Shown here: positions 17,636 to 27,423 of the stretch, one piece after another
Position numbering within the stretch: the stretch's first letter is position 1
How the letters are laid out: each line of letters begins with the position of its first letter
Virus record (IMG/VR): IMGVR_UViG_3300031772_000014
Span: 11,151 to 75,150 of that record
Strand: one strand, 5' to 3'
Length of the DNA: 64,000 nt
Origin: a virus
The notes under the pieces: generated by a model
Told to the model about the DNA's origin: nothing
Seen by the model: only the letters and a program-made list of their open reading frames with translations
Databases searched by the model: none
Translations under genes and position numbers: made by a program

Positions 17636-19735
17636 TCAGACGGAAGAGTTCGTACGTCGAGGTGACCGCTGCTCTGGTAGCGGGCGGGTATCCACCTGCG
17701 GCCCAGAACCACCACCAGGGCTGCCCTTGCCAGGAGAGACCCCCATACCCTTGAGCATCTGCATGACCAGGTCCGCGAGCTCAGGGCTCTGGGCCCGGAG
17801 GTTCTGAATCGCGAGGGCCTGCATGACGGGATCCATCCTGGAGATGACCTGCGCTTGCTGCCCCGCCATCGAGTTGATGTCGACGTTGAGCCCTCCGGCC
17901 ATGCGCTGCCCGCCGTTCATCTTGCTGCTGATGAGATCGTCGAACTCCTGGCTCGGGGTCTGCTGTGGCTGCATCATCCCGATCTGCGGAGCATTCGGAT
18001 CCTGCCCAGGGGCCCCAGGCGCTACAGCACCGTCTGCCGTGGGGGCTTGACCGGCCGGTAGGTCGGCTGGCGCCGCCGCGGTAGCACCCCCAGGAGACCC
18101 GCCACCTTGCTGGAGGGCAGCGTCGGGGGCCCCGGGCTCTCCGGGGGCGGGGGCGGCCTGCTGGGCTTGCTGAGCGTCCAGTTGAGCCTTGTTCTGGTAC
18201 TTCATCATCACCGCCTGAACCTTGCCCTGCACCTCCGCCATGGCGAGCTGCTGCTTCTCCGTGGCCTTGATGCGGGACTCCGTCTCCCGCTCCATGAGGG
18301 AGTTCTCCTCTTCCTGGGAGAGGTCGCTGTCCGCCAGGAGGGTCGTGTCAGAGACCTTGTTGCCCTGGTTGAGCTGCGAGAGGAACGCCTTCCGCTGGAT
18401 GTCGTCGGCCATCTTGAACGGCTTGAATCGTCCACGGACGACGGGCCAGTCCAGGAAGTCCGCTACCTCCTGCATGACGAAGCGCAGGAGACCCTTGTGC
18501 CGGATCACGTAACCCAGGAACGAGTTCTCGAGCATCCGCATCGAGACGTTCGTGCCCGCGTACGAGAGCCCACCCTCGAGGAACTCTCTGGGGACCCCCA
18601 TGCCCATCATGATGACCTGGTTCATGGACTGCATCTCCTGGGTCATCAGGAGAGCTTTGCCGTCACCGCCGATGGTTTGGTTCCCGATGGGAAGCGGGAG
18701 GATCGGGATGTAGTTCGGGTCGTATCGCCAGCGGGCAATCTCCGTCGCGACATGGTCGCGCCAGTCCACGAGGTTGATGCTCGTGTACGGGTCGGCGGTC
18801 CCTGATCCTGCCTGCGGGAAGATGATCCGAAGAGGGATGATGTGCTCTAGGAGGATGGTCTCCTGAGCCTTCTTCATGATCTGGAGGTAGTAAGTGTCCT
18901 TCAGGACAGGTAGAAGAAGCGGGATCCCCCAGCCACGGTCTTGCGTGGCCAAGGTGGGCCGGCGCAGGTGGAAGAGCTTCTCGGCCGAGAACATCAGGCC
19001 CTTCTGATCCTTCAGCGCCTGGATGAAGATCTGCGGGGTGTCCTCGACGATCTCCTTCCGACCGATGATGATGTCGTTCCGGATGAGCGCCGGTATCGTG
19101 TAGAAGTACGAGTAGTGCCCGGTGATGTCGTTGTAGGTGACCTCGATGTCCTCGGGGTTCCACCGGATGAGCTTCACCCCCGAGGCGTTCTTCACCGAGA
19201 CGTCCTGCACCTTGGCGTCGCCCGTCAAGCCGCACTGCGGGCACCCGAGCCGAAACTGGTAGCTCGAGAAGACCCACTTGTCCCTGCACTTCTTCGCCTC
19301 TGATTTCCAGGAACAGTTCGGGCATGAGAGCCACTTCACGAACGGGGTACCGACGCTGATGAACGCGTTCCCGTAGGCGAAGTAGTCGAGCCCAACCTCG
19401 ATCTGGAAAGAGCGGTAGCGGAGGTGGTCCTCGAAGTAGTCGCTCCACTTCTTGACCGCGTCCCTGCTGTCGCTCTCGAACACGATGTCCGTGATCGGGT
19501 ACTCGCTCAGCTTGAACACCGTCGCGTTGATGAGCGGGTTCGTGAGGAAGTAGTACCGGCACCACCGGAACATCTGCTTGACCGTGGCCGGCAGATACGT
19601 GTGCGCGATGTCGAAGAACGGGCTTGGGTAGTTGACCCCTCCACCGACACCGTTCTGGATGCGTCCGCGCGTGTGCGAGAACCGCATCCCGTTCGCGGGA
19701 CCGGCGACATTCAAACCGCCACCGATGAGAGTCAT
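17636..19735 (-). CDS. Putative portal protein with zinc-ribbon insertion and Q/P/G-rich tail
   Basis: Portal-like segments (YYFLTNPLINATV, DYFAYGNAF, LFHLRRP..RGWGIPLL, MGVPREFL); CPNC/CPQC insert. Confidence 0.65.
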   Translation of the reverse strand: MTLIGGGLNVAGPANGMRFSHTRGRIQNGVGGGVNYPSPFFDIAHTYLPATVKQMFRWCRYYFLTNPLINATVFKLSEYPITDIVFESDSRDAVKKWSDYFEDHLRYRSFQIEVGLDYFAYGNAFISVGTPFVKWLSCPNCSWKSEAKKCRDKWVFSSYQFRLGCPQCGLTGDAKVQDVSVKNASGVKLIRWNPEDIEVTYNDITGHYSYFYTIPALIRNDIIIGRKEIVEDTPQIFIQALKDQKGLMFSAEKLFHLRRPTLATQDRGWGIPLLLPVLKDTYYLQIMKKAQETILLEHIIPLRIIFPQAGSGTADPYTSINLVDWRDHVATEIARWRYDPNYIPILPLPIGNQTIGGDGKALLMTQEMQSMNQVIMMGMGVPREFLEGGLSYAGTNVSMRMLENSFLGYVIRHKGLLRFVMQEVADFLDWPVVRGRFKPFKMADDIQRKAFLSQLNQGNKVSDTTLLADSDLSQEEENSLMERETESRIKATEKQQLAMAEVQGKVQAVMMKYQNKAQLDAQQAQQAAPAPGEPGAPDAALQQGGGSPGGATAAAPADLPAGQAPTADGAVAPGAPGQDPNAPQIGMMQPQQTPSQEFDDLISSKMNGGQRMAGGLNVDINSMAGQQAQVISRMDPVMQALAIQNLRAQSPELADLVMQMLKGMGVSPGKGSPGGGSGPQVDTRPLPEQRSPRRTNSSV

Positions 19736-20700
19736 CCTGTTCCCCCGCCTTCCATGGCCGTGCCGCTGTAGCGCGGGCTCATCTCAACTTCGTGTCTCAC
19801 GTTGCCCTGCCCGTTCGTGAGGTCGGTCGATGTGGCACCCGTGGCGGCCTGGACCGCCGGCGCCGGGCGTACACCGGGACGAACGCCACGAAGACGGTCG
19901 ATGCCCCTTCCGACCATCTTGCCGGCTCCCTCGGCGGCCCCACCGATCACCGTCTGCCCGATCACCGGCAGAGGTCCACCAACAAGATTGCCGACCACGT
20001 TACCGACAGCACGCCCAATCCGCTCCCCTTTACCGGCGTTCGGATCTGAGTCTTCACGGGAGAGCGCCGAGTGCGCGATACCTATTGCTGGGAGACCCAA
20101 CATCATGGCCTTGCTGGCCGCAGTGGTTCCGTGAAGCTGCTCGGCGGCCCCGGCCCTGACGGTGTTCATCAGACCATGCTCCTTCACGGACTTAGCGATG
20201 CCGGGCAGGCTGGTGATCCCCATCCGCTCAGCCTCCTGGGCGGCGTGCATGCCCTTCCGGGTGTTCTCCAAGTTCTTCAAGTTCTCCGGTGAGGCTTCCA
20301 GGATGCTCTTGACATGAGCGTCGTTGAACCTCTTGGTCGCATCATGCGCGCCGTGCTCGATGGAGTGCAGACCTTCCGCGGGCGTCCAGCCCGTGAGCCC
20401 GTGGACTTGTCGTTGCCCGAAGTTGCTCAACTCCTTGCCGACGTTCGGTGCGACATGAGCCAGGCCAGCACCAAGGGCTGCACCACCGGCCGCCCCCACC
20501 GCGCCAGATTGAAGACCGTGCCCAAGGGCTTGACCTGTGGTCGCTCCTTCGGCCTTGGCTTTCCGGTACCCGAGGTACCCGGTCCCAAGACCACTGACAC
20601 CACCCAGGAGAGCCGCCGAACCTACCATGGGGTTCAAGCCGCCGAGCTTCTCCAGTTCATCCTGAAACGCGAGCATCGTCGGCAAGGAGAGCTTAGGCAT
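19732..20700 (-). CDS. Gly/Ala-rich putative internal virion protein with N-terminal FQDELEKLG motif
   Basis: 322-aa ORF with glycine-zipper-like hydrophobic segments; ATGA coupling to portal. Confidence 0.6.
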   Translation of the reverse strand: MPKLSLPTMLAFQDELEKLGGLNPMVGSAALLGGVSGLGTGYLGYRKAKAEGATTGQALGHGLQSGAVGAAGGAALGAGLAHVAPNVGKELSNFGQRQVHGLTGWTPAEGLHSIEHGAHDATKRFNDAHVKSILEASPENLKNLENTRKGMHAAQEAERMGITSLPGIAKSVKEHGLMNTVRAGAAEQLHGTTAASKAMMLGLPAIGIAHSALSREDSDPNAGKGERIGRAVGNVVGNLVGGPLPVIGQTVIGGAAEGAGKMVGRGIDRLRGVRPGVRPAPAVQAATGATSTDLTNGQGNVRHEVEMSPRYSGTAMEGGGTG

Positions 20701-21481
20701 GTTGCACCAAGGGTAGCTGACTCCGAAGGCGGTTCCTACTAGCCTCCAAGTGCAGGTGAACTTCTAGCATACGTCGAAGTTGCTCATCTTCGACAGAAGC
20801 ATCCGTGGGCGCCTTACCGGACACCCGAACGCCAGGCCACTGCTGCTTGATGGCCTGGACGTTGACGTCGTAGTGGCTGGTGTCGATGTCCACGAAGTCC
20901 AGCGGCGGGGTGGGGACCACGATGCTCTCGTGCTCGAACACCGTCCGGATGTACAGCCGAACTTCATCCGACCACTTCACGTCATCTCGCAGGCGGTTCG
21001 CGATGTCGACGGAGATGGCGACCTGCGAGACGTTCGGTACCTGCATGGTATCGAAGTCCGGGAAGATCCCGTTGAAGGCCATCGTGCACCACCCGAACAC
21101 GTGCCACTCGTTCCAGTACGGCTCCCCGAGGTGCAGCGTCTTGCACGCTTGAATCTTCGACATGTTCAAGTCGGAGAGCGGCCCGAAGTCCGCTTCGATC
21201 TGGCGATGAAGAACTTCAGGCTCCCAACCCAACCACTCGACCCCGTGCTTGACGATGAGAGCGATGTCCAGCGCGATGGGGTGAGAGTCAGGGTGGGAGA
21301 AGAAGGTCTTCCTCGTGATGTTCGTAGGCAGCGGAGGAAGAGACACCTCATTGTGCTGGTGCTCCGACTTGTCGATCTCCTCGAGCTCGATGGTCGGGTC
21401 TTCCTTCTTGGGCTCTTCCGAATCTACACGGCGGGTAATCCGCAGGATTCGGTCGATGTCGCTTTCCGCTACCGCGGACAT
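20693..21481 (-). CDS. Hypothetical head-region protein
   Basis: 262 aa, translationally coupled on both sides. Confidence 0.7.
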   Translation of the reverse strand: MSAVAESDIDRILRITRRVDSEEPKKEDPTIELEEIDKSEHQHNEVSLPPLPTNITRKTFFSHPDSHPIALDIALIVKHGVEWLGWEPEVLHRQIEADFGPLSDLNMSKIQACKTLHLGEPYWNEWHVFGWCTMAFNGIFPDFDTMQVPNVSQVAISVDIANRLRDDVKWSDEVRLYIRTVFEHESIVVPTPPLDFVDIDTSHYDVNVQAIKQQWPGVRVSGKAPTDASVEDEQLRRMLEVHLHLEASRNRLRSQLPLVQHA

Positions 21482-22437
21482 CAGGAGATGTTGTCCGCGG
21501 TGCTCTTGTCACGAGCCAGCTTGCCGAGGATCTTCCGCTGGTCCACCGGCATCGACTTGTAGATGCCCACGGGGTCCTTCTGGAACTCCTCCGCCACCTC
21601 TTCGTTGAAGACCTTCTTCACCGATGAGATGCCCACACGGGCAAGGAAGACCAGGTCGCTCTCGGCCACCTGCATGTTCCCGATGACCTCGGTGTACTCC
21701 GCCGTCTTCGACATCGCGAAGACCGTCGTCCACGGATCCGGGACATCCCCGTCGTAGTGGGAGTCGAGACCGGCCGTCTTGTCGAACTCATGCACGAGCT
21801 CGACGAAGATCTCCGGGTCCACGTGACCGGCCTGGCTCGCCACCTTGTCCAGGAGGACCTTGAGCCCGGCCTCGTCATCCTGGACGAGCAGGGAACGCCG
21901 AGCGTCCATGCAGACCTTGATACGCTCCGCCGAGGCATACTTCTCCGAGCCGTACTCGAGCGCGGCGTCAGGAACCTCCACGCCGATCTTGCTGGCTTCC
22001 TTCACCAGGTTCTTCGCGAACTCGTGGCGGTCCTCGGGGGAGAACATCTTCCAGTAGTCCGAGAAGTAGGCGCTCGCCATCTTGACCTGGGCGTAGTTCC
22101 CGAGCGGATACCTTCCTCTCAGGGCCGTCACGGACGCCTCCTTCTTCTCGATCTTCGAGACCGGGTCCTTGTCCGAGACGTCCACGTGGGGCTTCATGAC
22201 CTTCATCTGCGGAAGAGCTTCCATGTTCTTGCCTGGGATGAACGAGCGGTAGGGCGGACCTTCCTCGGGTCCGAAGTAGCTGCGGTCAGGCTGCCCGTTG
22301 GGCACGAGGTGGCCCATCGACGCGCCGGTCTTCTTGATCACGGCCTTGGTGGGTTCGACCTTGGGGTCAGCGGGAGGAGCTGCGGGCATGGTCTTGGTGT
22401 ACGACAGATCGGCTTGCTTTTGCATGGTGTTCCTCAC
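21481..22437 (-). CDS. Putative head protein with repeated K-x-A motifs
   Basis: QKQAD, KEASV, KMASA, KEASK, KYASA, KVASQ, DKTAG, SKTAE. Confidence 0.65.
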   Translation of the reverse strand: MRNTMQKQADLSYTKTMPAAPPADPKVEPTKAVIKKTGASMGHLVPNGQPDRSYFGPEEGPPYRSFIPGKNMEALPQMKVMKPHVDVSDKDPVSKIEKKEASVTALRGRYPLGNYAQVKMASAYFSDYWKMFSPEDRHEFAKNLVKEASKIGVEVPDAALEYGSEKYASAERIKVCMDARRSLLVQDDEAGLKVLLDKVASQAGHVDPEIFVELVHEFDKTAGLDSHYDGDVPDPWTTVFAMSKTAEYTEVIGNMQVAESDLVFLARVGISSVKKVFNEEVAEEFQKDPVGIYKSMPVDQRKILGKLARDKSTADNIS

Positions 22438-22967
22438 AGCGCATTCCCGAAGCCGCGCCCAGCTTCCTGTGCGTTCACGCCCTTGAGGTTACCGCCGATC
22501 TCACTCGCGGCACCCGCGACCCCTAGAGCGGTCATCCCGGCCCCCAGGGCCTTTCCAGGGTTTCTGCGAATCATGCCGGGGATCTTGGCCGCGAAGCTTC
22601 CGATGCCGGCCACCTTCTTGAGCTCCTTGGGGTGGTCGAGCTTGTACCAGTCGCAGGCCACGAGCAGGTTGGCCGCCGCGACCTTCTGAGCTTCCTCGGG
22701 GAGGCGGTCCATGGTCTGGAGGAAGTAGTCGATGGACATCCGGGTGTTCCCGACGTCCGTGCAGGCGTACTTCCGAAGAACCACGTCTCCGTCGCGCATC
22801 ACGAGGGCGAAGAGGTCATCTGGAAGGCTGCTGCGTTCCTCCCCGCTCAGCATGTGAGCGTTCTTCACCATCGAGGGGACTTCCGCCTTGGTCGGGTAGA
22901 CCTGGCGAAAGACTTCACCTTCCTGGTCATCGTACACGTCGAGAAGTAGACCGCTCAGCTTTTCCAT
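22434..22967 (-). CDS. Putative head protein with K-x-[AS] motifs (177 aa)
   Basis: ATG 22967 with AAGGAG SD (MEKLSG); LKKVAG is followed by a Gly/Ala-rich tail. Confidence 0.65.
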   Translation of the reverse strand: MEKLSGLLLDVYDDQEGEVFRQVYPTKAEVPSMVKNAHMLSGEERSSLPDDLFALVMRDGDVVLRKYACTDVGNTRMSIDYFLQTMDRLPEEAQKVAAANLLVACDWYKLDHPKELKKVAGIGSFAAKIPGMIRRNPGKALGAGMTALGVAGAASEIGGNLKGVNAQEAGRGFGNAL

Positions 22968-23026
22968 GAAGCTCCTTTTACCAGCATCCGACCATCGGAC
23001 GTATCCGCAAGAATAGCCCTTTGCTT

Positions 23027-23056
23027 GGGATAAGAGAACCGCAGCGAAGTTCACGC
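23027..23056 (+). promoter_or_regulatory. Conserved leader/promoter motif, copy 2
   Basis: GGGATAAG...CACGC (30 nt), then AGGAGG and ATG 23074. Confidence 0.55.
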
Positions 23057-23073
23057 CCTGCCTAGGAGGTAAA

Positions 23074-23715
23074 ATGACGAACATGCCCGAGTGTTTCGGG
23101 AAGTACTGGGATGAGTCGGAAGTCGTATGTAGCGGGGGTTATGACCCGTCCTACGTGGCCTTGAACGGAAGCAAGAACAGGGAGCGGTGCCCTGGGTTCA
23201 ACACCTGCCGGACCCGCACGTCGCTCGTGAAGGCCAACGAGCAGTTGAAGCAGCAGCAGGTCATACCGCCAAGCCAGCTCTTCCGAGGACAAGCTCAACC
23301 TGCGCAACAAGCCCCGGCGGCATGGAGACCTCCGACGCCCGTAGCACCACCGGCACCGGCTCCAACGGTACCGACCGCCCCGCTGACGTGGGCGCAGCAC
23401 CAGCAGTGGCAGCAGGCCCAGCAAGCGCAGCAGGCGCAGATGCAGCAGTGGCAGCAACAGCAGTGGCAGCAGATGCAGATGCAGCAGCAGATGCCTCCTT
23501 GGCTTCAGTACCCGCAGCAGTTCCAAGCGCAGGTGCAGCAGCAGCCGTTGCAGATGATGCCCGTCTCGTACGACATGCCGTCGTATCTCACCGTCACGGA
23601 AGACCGAAACCCTGGGACGTTCTGGACCAACCTCCTCCACGAGCTGCTTCGAGGAATGGGCAAAGCTGCCGGGCATAGCCTGGCGTCGTTCTTCGACCAC
23701 GTGAAGTTCAGGTAA
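23074..23715 (+). CDS. Glutamine/proline-rich low-complexity protein with N-terminal 4-Cys domain
   Basis: Strong SD; ECFG...C...CPGFNTC; long Q/W/M tract. Confidence 0.75.
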   Translation: MTNMPECFGKYWDESEVVCSGGYDPSYVALNGSKNRERCPGFNTCRTRTSLVKANEQLKQQQVIPPSQLFRGQAQPAQQAPAAWRPPTPVAPPAPAPTVPTAPLTWAQHQQWQQAQQAQQAQMQQWQQQQWQQMQMQQQMPPWLQYPQQFQAQVQQQPLQMMPVSYDMPSYLTVTEDRNPGTFWTNLLHELLRGMGKAAGHSLASFFDHVKFR

Positions 23716-23717
23716 CC

Positions 23718-25445
23718 ATGAAGAGCATCCGCAAGCATCCCGACAAGGCGTACCTGGGTCTGGACCTGTGGGTGCCAAAGGCTGGGTTGAACGTGGAGGG
23801 CGTGAAGAGCGCCCTCCGGTTCCCCTACACCGTTGGCCAAGGTGAAGTCCGCATCCTCGAGCTGTTCAAGGAAGCGGCCAACCACATCCAAGTCCCTCGT
23901 GAGTTCTGGCAGTACGGCCAGCACTTCAACTTCGAGATCATCGACCTTCGCCCGAGGTCGTACAAGAAGGTCGGCTTTCGTAGCCGCATCAAGCTCGACC
24001 ACGAGATGAAAGGCGGCAAGCTCGTACCCACCGGCAAGACCTACCAGCAGGAAGCCATCACGGCTCTTCACGGAGCTCGTGGCGGTGTGCTCGAGCTTGC
24101 CTGCGGGCTCGGGAAGACCGTCATCGCCCTCCAGTTCATCGCCGAGAAGAACACCCCGGCCCTAATCCTGGTAGACAACACCCAGCTACTCGACCAGTGG
24201 CAGAAGGCCGTCGCGAACACGCTGAGCATCCCCGGTGGGGTGGGGCTCATCCAAGGAGACTCCTTCGACTGGAAGAAGGGGCTCGTGATCGGCACCTACC
24301 AGACAGTGGCCAAGCGGGTCGCTGAAGGTAGGTGGACAGACCAGATGGCGAGGTGGTTCGGAATCGTGGTCGGGGATGAAGGTCATCACATCAACGCCCC
24401 CACCTTCTCGTACTCCTCGAACTGCATCTACGGCTACCGGCTCATCTTGAGCGCCACGCCCTTCCGGGATGATGGCCTTCACGTCATCGCCCACTTCCAC
24501 ATGGGCAACACGATCTACCGGGACCTCAAGCAGGACCTGAAGCCGGAGATCACGTTCCACTGGACGGGGTTCGCACTCGACCTGAACAACGCTGCCACGA
24601 TAGCGGGCACGCACACCATCGGAGGAAAGCTCAGCATCTCGAAGTTGGCCGTGTGGTTCGGAAGATGTCGTCCACGCCTCGACTTCATCCTCAACCGCAT
24701 CCGTGTGCGGCTTGCGGAAGGTAGGAAGATCCTCGTCCTATCGAACTCCGTGGATGAGCTCGTGAACCTGCTCGCCATCTGGAACGGAGCACCCGACCTC
24801 TACTCAGCGGTCCCATACCCGACCGAGCAGGACGTGGGGGAAACCGTACCGGGGGAGAAGCTCGACGGCGATGAGCTAGAAAGCATCGAGAACCGGTACA
24901 AGCTCCTTGAGGAAGTGCTGAAGTCAAAGCACTTGGGGGAGTTGAAGAAGCAAACCACCCTCAACGAGATGCAGGACATCGAGCTTGTCCTGAAGATGCA
25001 TGAGGTGGGGTGCAAGATCGAGAAACTCTGGAACGAGCGTCAGAAGGACTACCGAGAGCAGCTACTCGCGATGCCGTCTGACGCTGGACTGATGATCCGC
25101 AAGGTAGCCGTGCAGGACCGGATGCGGATGCTCAAAGAGAAGCGGGTCACCTTCGCCATCATGAAGTACGGGAAGGAAGGACTCGACGAACCCACCATCG
25201 ACACGGTCATCGCCTGCGAGCCGATGTCCTCGAGGAACACCCTCCAGCAGGTGATGGGGAGGGCACTACGAAAGGAAGACAAGAAGAAGACACCAGTGTT
25301 CGAGGTCATGGAAGACGACATCGGACCCATGATCGGGATGTGCAAGAAGATGCGCGGGCACCTGCGCCACTGGTCCGTCGATGACGGCGGGCCCTACGAC
25401 TACACGTTCCTGGGATATCCGGAGCGGGCAAGGAAACTACGATGA
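23718..25445 (+). CDS. Superfamily 2 helicase (UvsW/XPB-like)
   Basis: LACGLGKT, DEGHH, SAT, EGLD, QVMGRALR. Confidence 0.9.
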   Translation: MKSIRKHPDKAYLGLDLWVPKAGLNVEGVKSALRFPYTVGQGEVRILELFKEAANHIQVPREFWQYGQHFNFEIIDLRPRSYKKVGFRSRIKLDHEMKGGKLVPTGKTYQQEAITALHGARGGVLELACGLGKTVIALQFIAEKNTPALILVDNTQLLDQWQKAVANTLSIPGGVGLIQGDSFDWKKGLVIGTYQTVAKRVAEGRWTDQMARWFGIVVGDEGHHINAPTFSYSSNCIYGYRLILSATPFRDDGLHVIAHFHMGNTIYRDLKQDLKPEITFHWTGFALDLNNAATIAGTHTIGGKLSISKLAVWFGRCRPRLDFILNRIRVRLAEGRKILVLSNSVDELVNLLAIWNGAPDLYSAVPYPTEQDVGETVPGEKLDGDELESIENRYKLLEEVLKSKHLGELKKQTTLNEMQDIELVLKMHEVGCKIEKLWNERQKDYREQLLAMPSDAGLMIRKVAVQDRMRMLKEKRVTFAIMKYGKEGLDEPTIDTVIACEPMSSRNTLQQVMGRALRKEDKKKTPVFEVMEDDIGPMIGMCKKMRGHLRHWSVDDGGPYDYTFLGYPERARKLR

Positions 25446-25849
25446 GCAATGAATACAGGAGTTGGGCGTTGATCTGGACCGTGTGCGGAAGGTCGTACCT
25501 CGCAGACGTCGCCACGCTCAACGAGCAGGACGTGAGGGACTTCCTCCAGGCGTCCGAGGACAGCTTCGTACGCATCGGGGCGGGCGGGGCGTACGAGTAC
25601 CAGAACCCCGTGGGGATGAACCAGCAGGGGAAGCTCTCCAGGCAGACCCTGGTGCTCCCCGTGGACTCCATGCTCGACAGCATCGGCTTCTTCGTGAGGA
25701 TCTCCGAGGTGTTCTTCTTCTGCCAGTTGTCCGACGACGACTACGCGCACTACGTGAAGCTCGTCGAGTCGGGGAACAGCATGAGGACGCAGACCAAGGC
25801 CGCGAAGGCTGGGCTCGTGCTCTCCACCGAGATGCCGAAGGTTCGGTAG
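25442..25849 (+). CDS. Hypothetical protein
   Basis: 135 aa with ATGA coupling. Confidence 0.7.
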   Translation: MSNEYRSWALIWTVCGRSYLADVATLNEQDVRDFLQASEDSFVRIGAGGAYEYQNPVGMNQQGKLSRQTLVLPVDSMLDSIGFFVRISEVFFFCQLSDDDYAHYVKLVESGNSMRTQTKAAKAGLVLSTEMPKVR

Positions 25850-26688
25850 TGTTCGACTCCAGGAAGAGCCTCCCGCAACTTCGCCACGAGTGGAAAGACT
25901 GCACCAAGTGCGGTCTTGGTGTTCTACGAGAGGCGAACAACGGGAGGTTCGTCTTTGGGGAAGGTTCGCCAGGTGGGTTGATGTTCATCGGGGAAAGCCC
26001 CGGGTTTGCGGACGAAGAACTTGGCCGGCCCTTCATGAGTGAGTCTGGCCAGCTCCTGCACAAGGTACTGGCCAAGCTCGGGGTCTCCCACAGCTCCTGC
26101 TACTTCACGAACGTCGTTACCTGTCGTTCCTGTGAAGCCGTGATGAACGACAAGGGGCTTCCGCTGATTCGCAGGAAGCAGCCGGTCTACAGAGACTTGG
26201 CTCCCCTCCCACCACACATCGAGGCGTGCTTGCCACGCCTGCACGAAGAGATCTACATCGTGGACCCCGTGATCATCGTGGCTCTTGGGGCCACGGCCGC
26301 GAAGGCCGTCACCGGTGGAAACCTCTCCATCATGGGGGAGCGCGGTAAGGAGAGGTTCATCGAGATCCCTGGAGCCAGCAAGCGGGCCGTCTTCACAGAC
26401 AAGAAGCGGTCCTGGGTTCACAAGGTACGCGGGGAACTGATCACGCCGACTGAGACGAACACGGTGAGCTATCTCCTGATACCCACCCTGCACCCGAACC
26501 ACGCGTACTCCCAGCAGGAGGACTTGAGTCGGGAAAGCCCGCTGAAGCTCATCATCAAAGACCTTCGCTTCGCCGTGAAGGTCTACGAACGCTACCGGCT
26601 CGAAGTCTTCGGGACTTTGCCGACTGGCGCAAGCGACGTATCCGAAGAGAGCATCGAAGAGGAAGTAGGAGACAACGATGGCAACTAA
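25849..26688 (+). CDS. Uracil-DNA glycosylase family 4-like protein
   Basis: GTG overlaps the upstream TAG; CTKCGL, FIGESPG..DE..GRPF, TNVVTCR, IVALGA, TLHP. Confidence 0.85.
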   Translation: MFDSRKSLPQLRHEWKDCTKCGLGVLREANNGRFVFGEGSPGGLMFIGESPGFADEELGRPFMSESGQLLHKVLAKLGVSHSSCYFTNVVTCRSCEAVMNDKGLPLIRRKQPVYRDLAPLPPHIEACLPRLHEEIYIVDPVIIVALGATAAKAVTGGNLSIMGERGKERFIEIPGASKRAVFTDKKRSWVHKVRGELITPTETNTVSYLLIPTLHPNHAYSQQEDLSRESPLKLIIKDLRFAVKVYERYRLEVFGTLPTGASDVSEESIEEEVGDNDGN

Positions 26689-27118
26689 GCGTTCCCCCGT
26701 GTCGGTACCTGTGGACCAGGTCATCGAAGTCATGGAGTTCGTCGAAGCCCAGGACGAGCTCGAGCAGTTCATCGCGAACAACCAGGACCTCTACGACGAG
26801 CTCTGTCGTCTGGCCCAGGAGCGGAACACCAGGCTGGAAGCAGCAGACAAGGTTGTGCGTGCCGCCGGCGTGTCCGCGGGTCCGTTCAACAAGATCTCCG
26901 AGTCGAAGAAGATCAACGCCGAGAAACTCTACGAGGAGATCGGCGCGGAAGACTTCGTCAAGGTCGGCGGGTACACGGAGACCGTTACCGCGTACAAGGT
27001 TGACCGTGAGCGCTTCCTCTCTCTCGTGCGGGCCAGCCAGGTCCCGCAGGAGATTGTCGAAGTCGTGGTCAAAGACACGGCCAGCTACGCGAACATCCCG
27101 CGGTACGTGCTTCCGTGA
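26678..27118 (+). CDS. Hypothetical protein
   Basis: AGGAG SD; 146 aa. Confidence 0.7.
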   Translation: MATKRSPVSVPVDQVIEVMEFVEAQDELEQFIANNQDLYDELCRLAQERNTRLEAADKVVRAAGVSAGPFNKISESKKINAEKLYEEIGAEDFVKVGGYTETVTAYKVDRERFLSLVRASQVPQEIVEVVVKDTASYANIPRYVLP

Positions 27119-27423
27119 AAGCCACGTACGTCATCACCACCGACGCACAGGGAAGGGAAACAAAGATGGAACAAGGTGAGGTAGAGGTGGAGGACCTGAA
27201 GGTCGATACCGAAAGCCACTTCAAGACGGCCGAAGTCGAGATGGCCGTGGGGTTCGCCCGCGGGTACGGCGAGGTGAAGGTGACCGCACTAGTCAGGTTG
27301 CACTGCACGCAGTCCACCTTCTCGGTCAAGCAGGCCGGTAAAGCCGCGCACCTTCTGGCCTACGAGCTTGCGCTCGATGGGTTCAACATGGTGTGCGCCG
27401 ACGTGGACTCGGTGACCAAGTGA
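27115..27423 (+). CDS. Hypothetical protein
   Basis: GTGA coupling; 102 aa. Confidence 0.65.
   Translation: MKATYVITTDAQGRETKMEQGEVEVEDLKVDTESHFKTAEVEMAVGFARGYGEVKVTALVRLHCTQSTFSVKQAGKAAHLLAYELALDGFNMVCADVDSVTK

Noticed and set aside
23400-23560. CAG-rich tract as a DNA repeat array
   Set aside because: Explained by poly-Gln coding; no regular unit or spacers.
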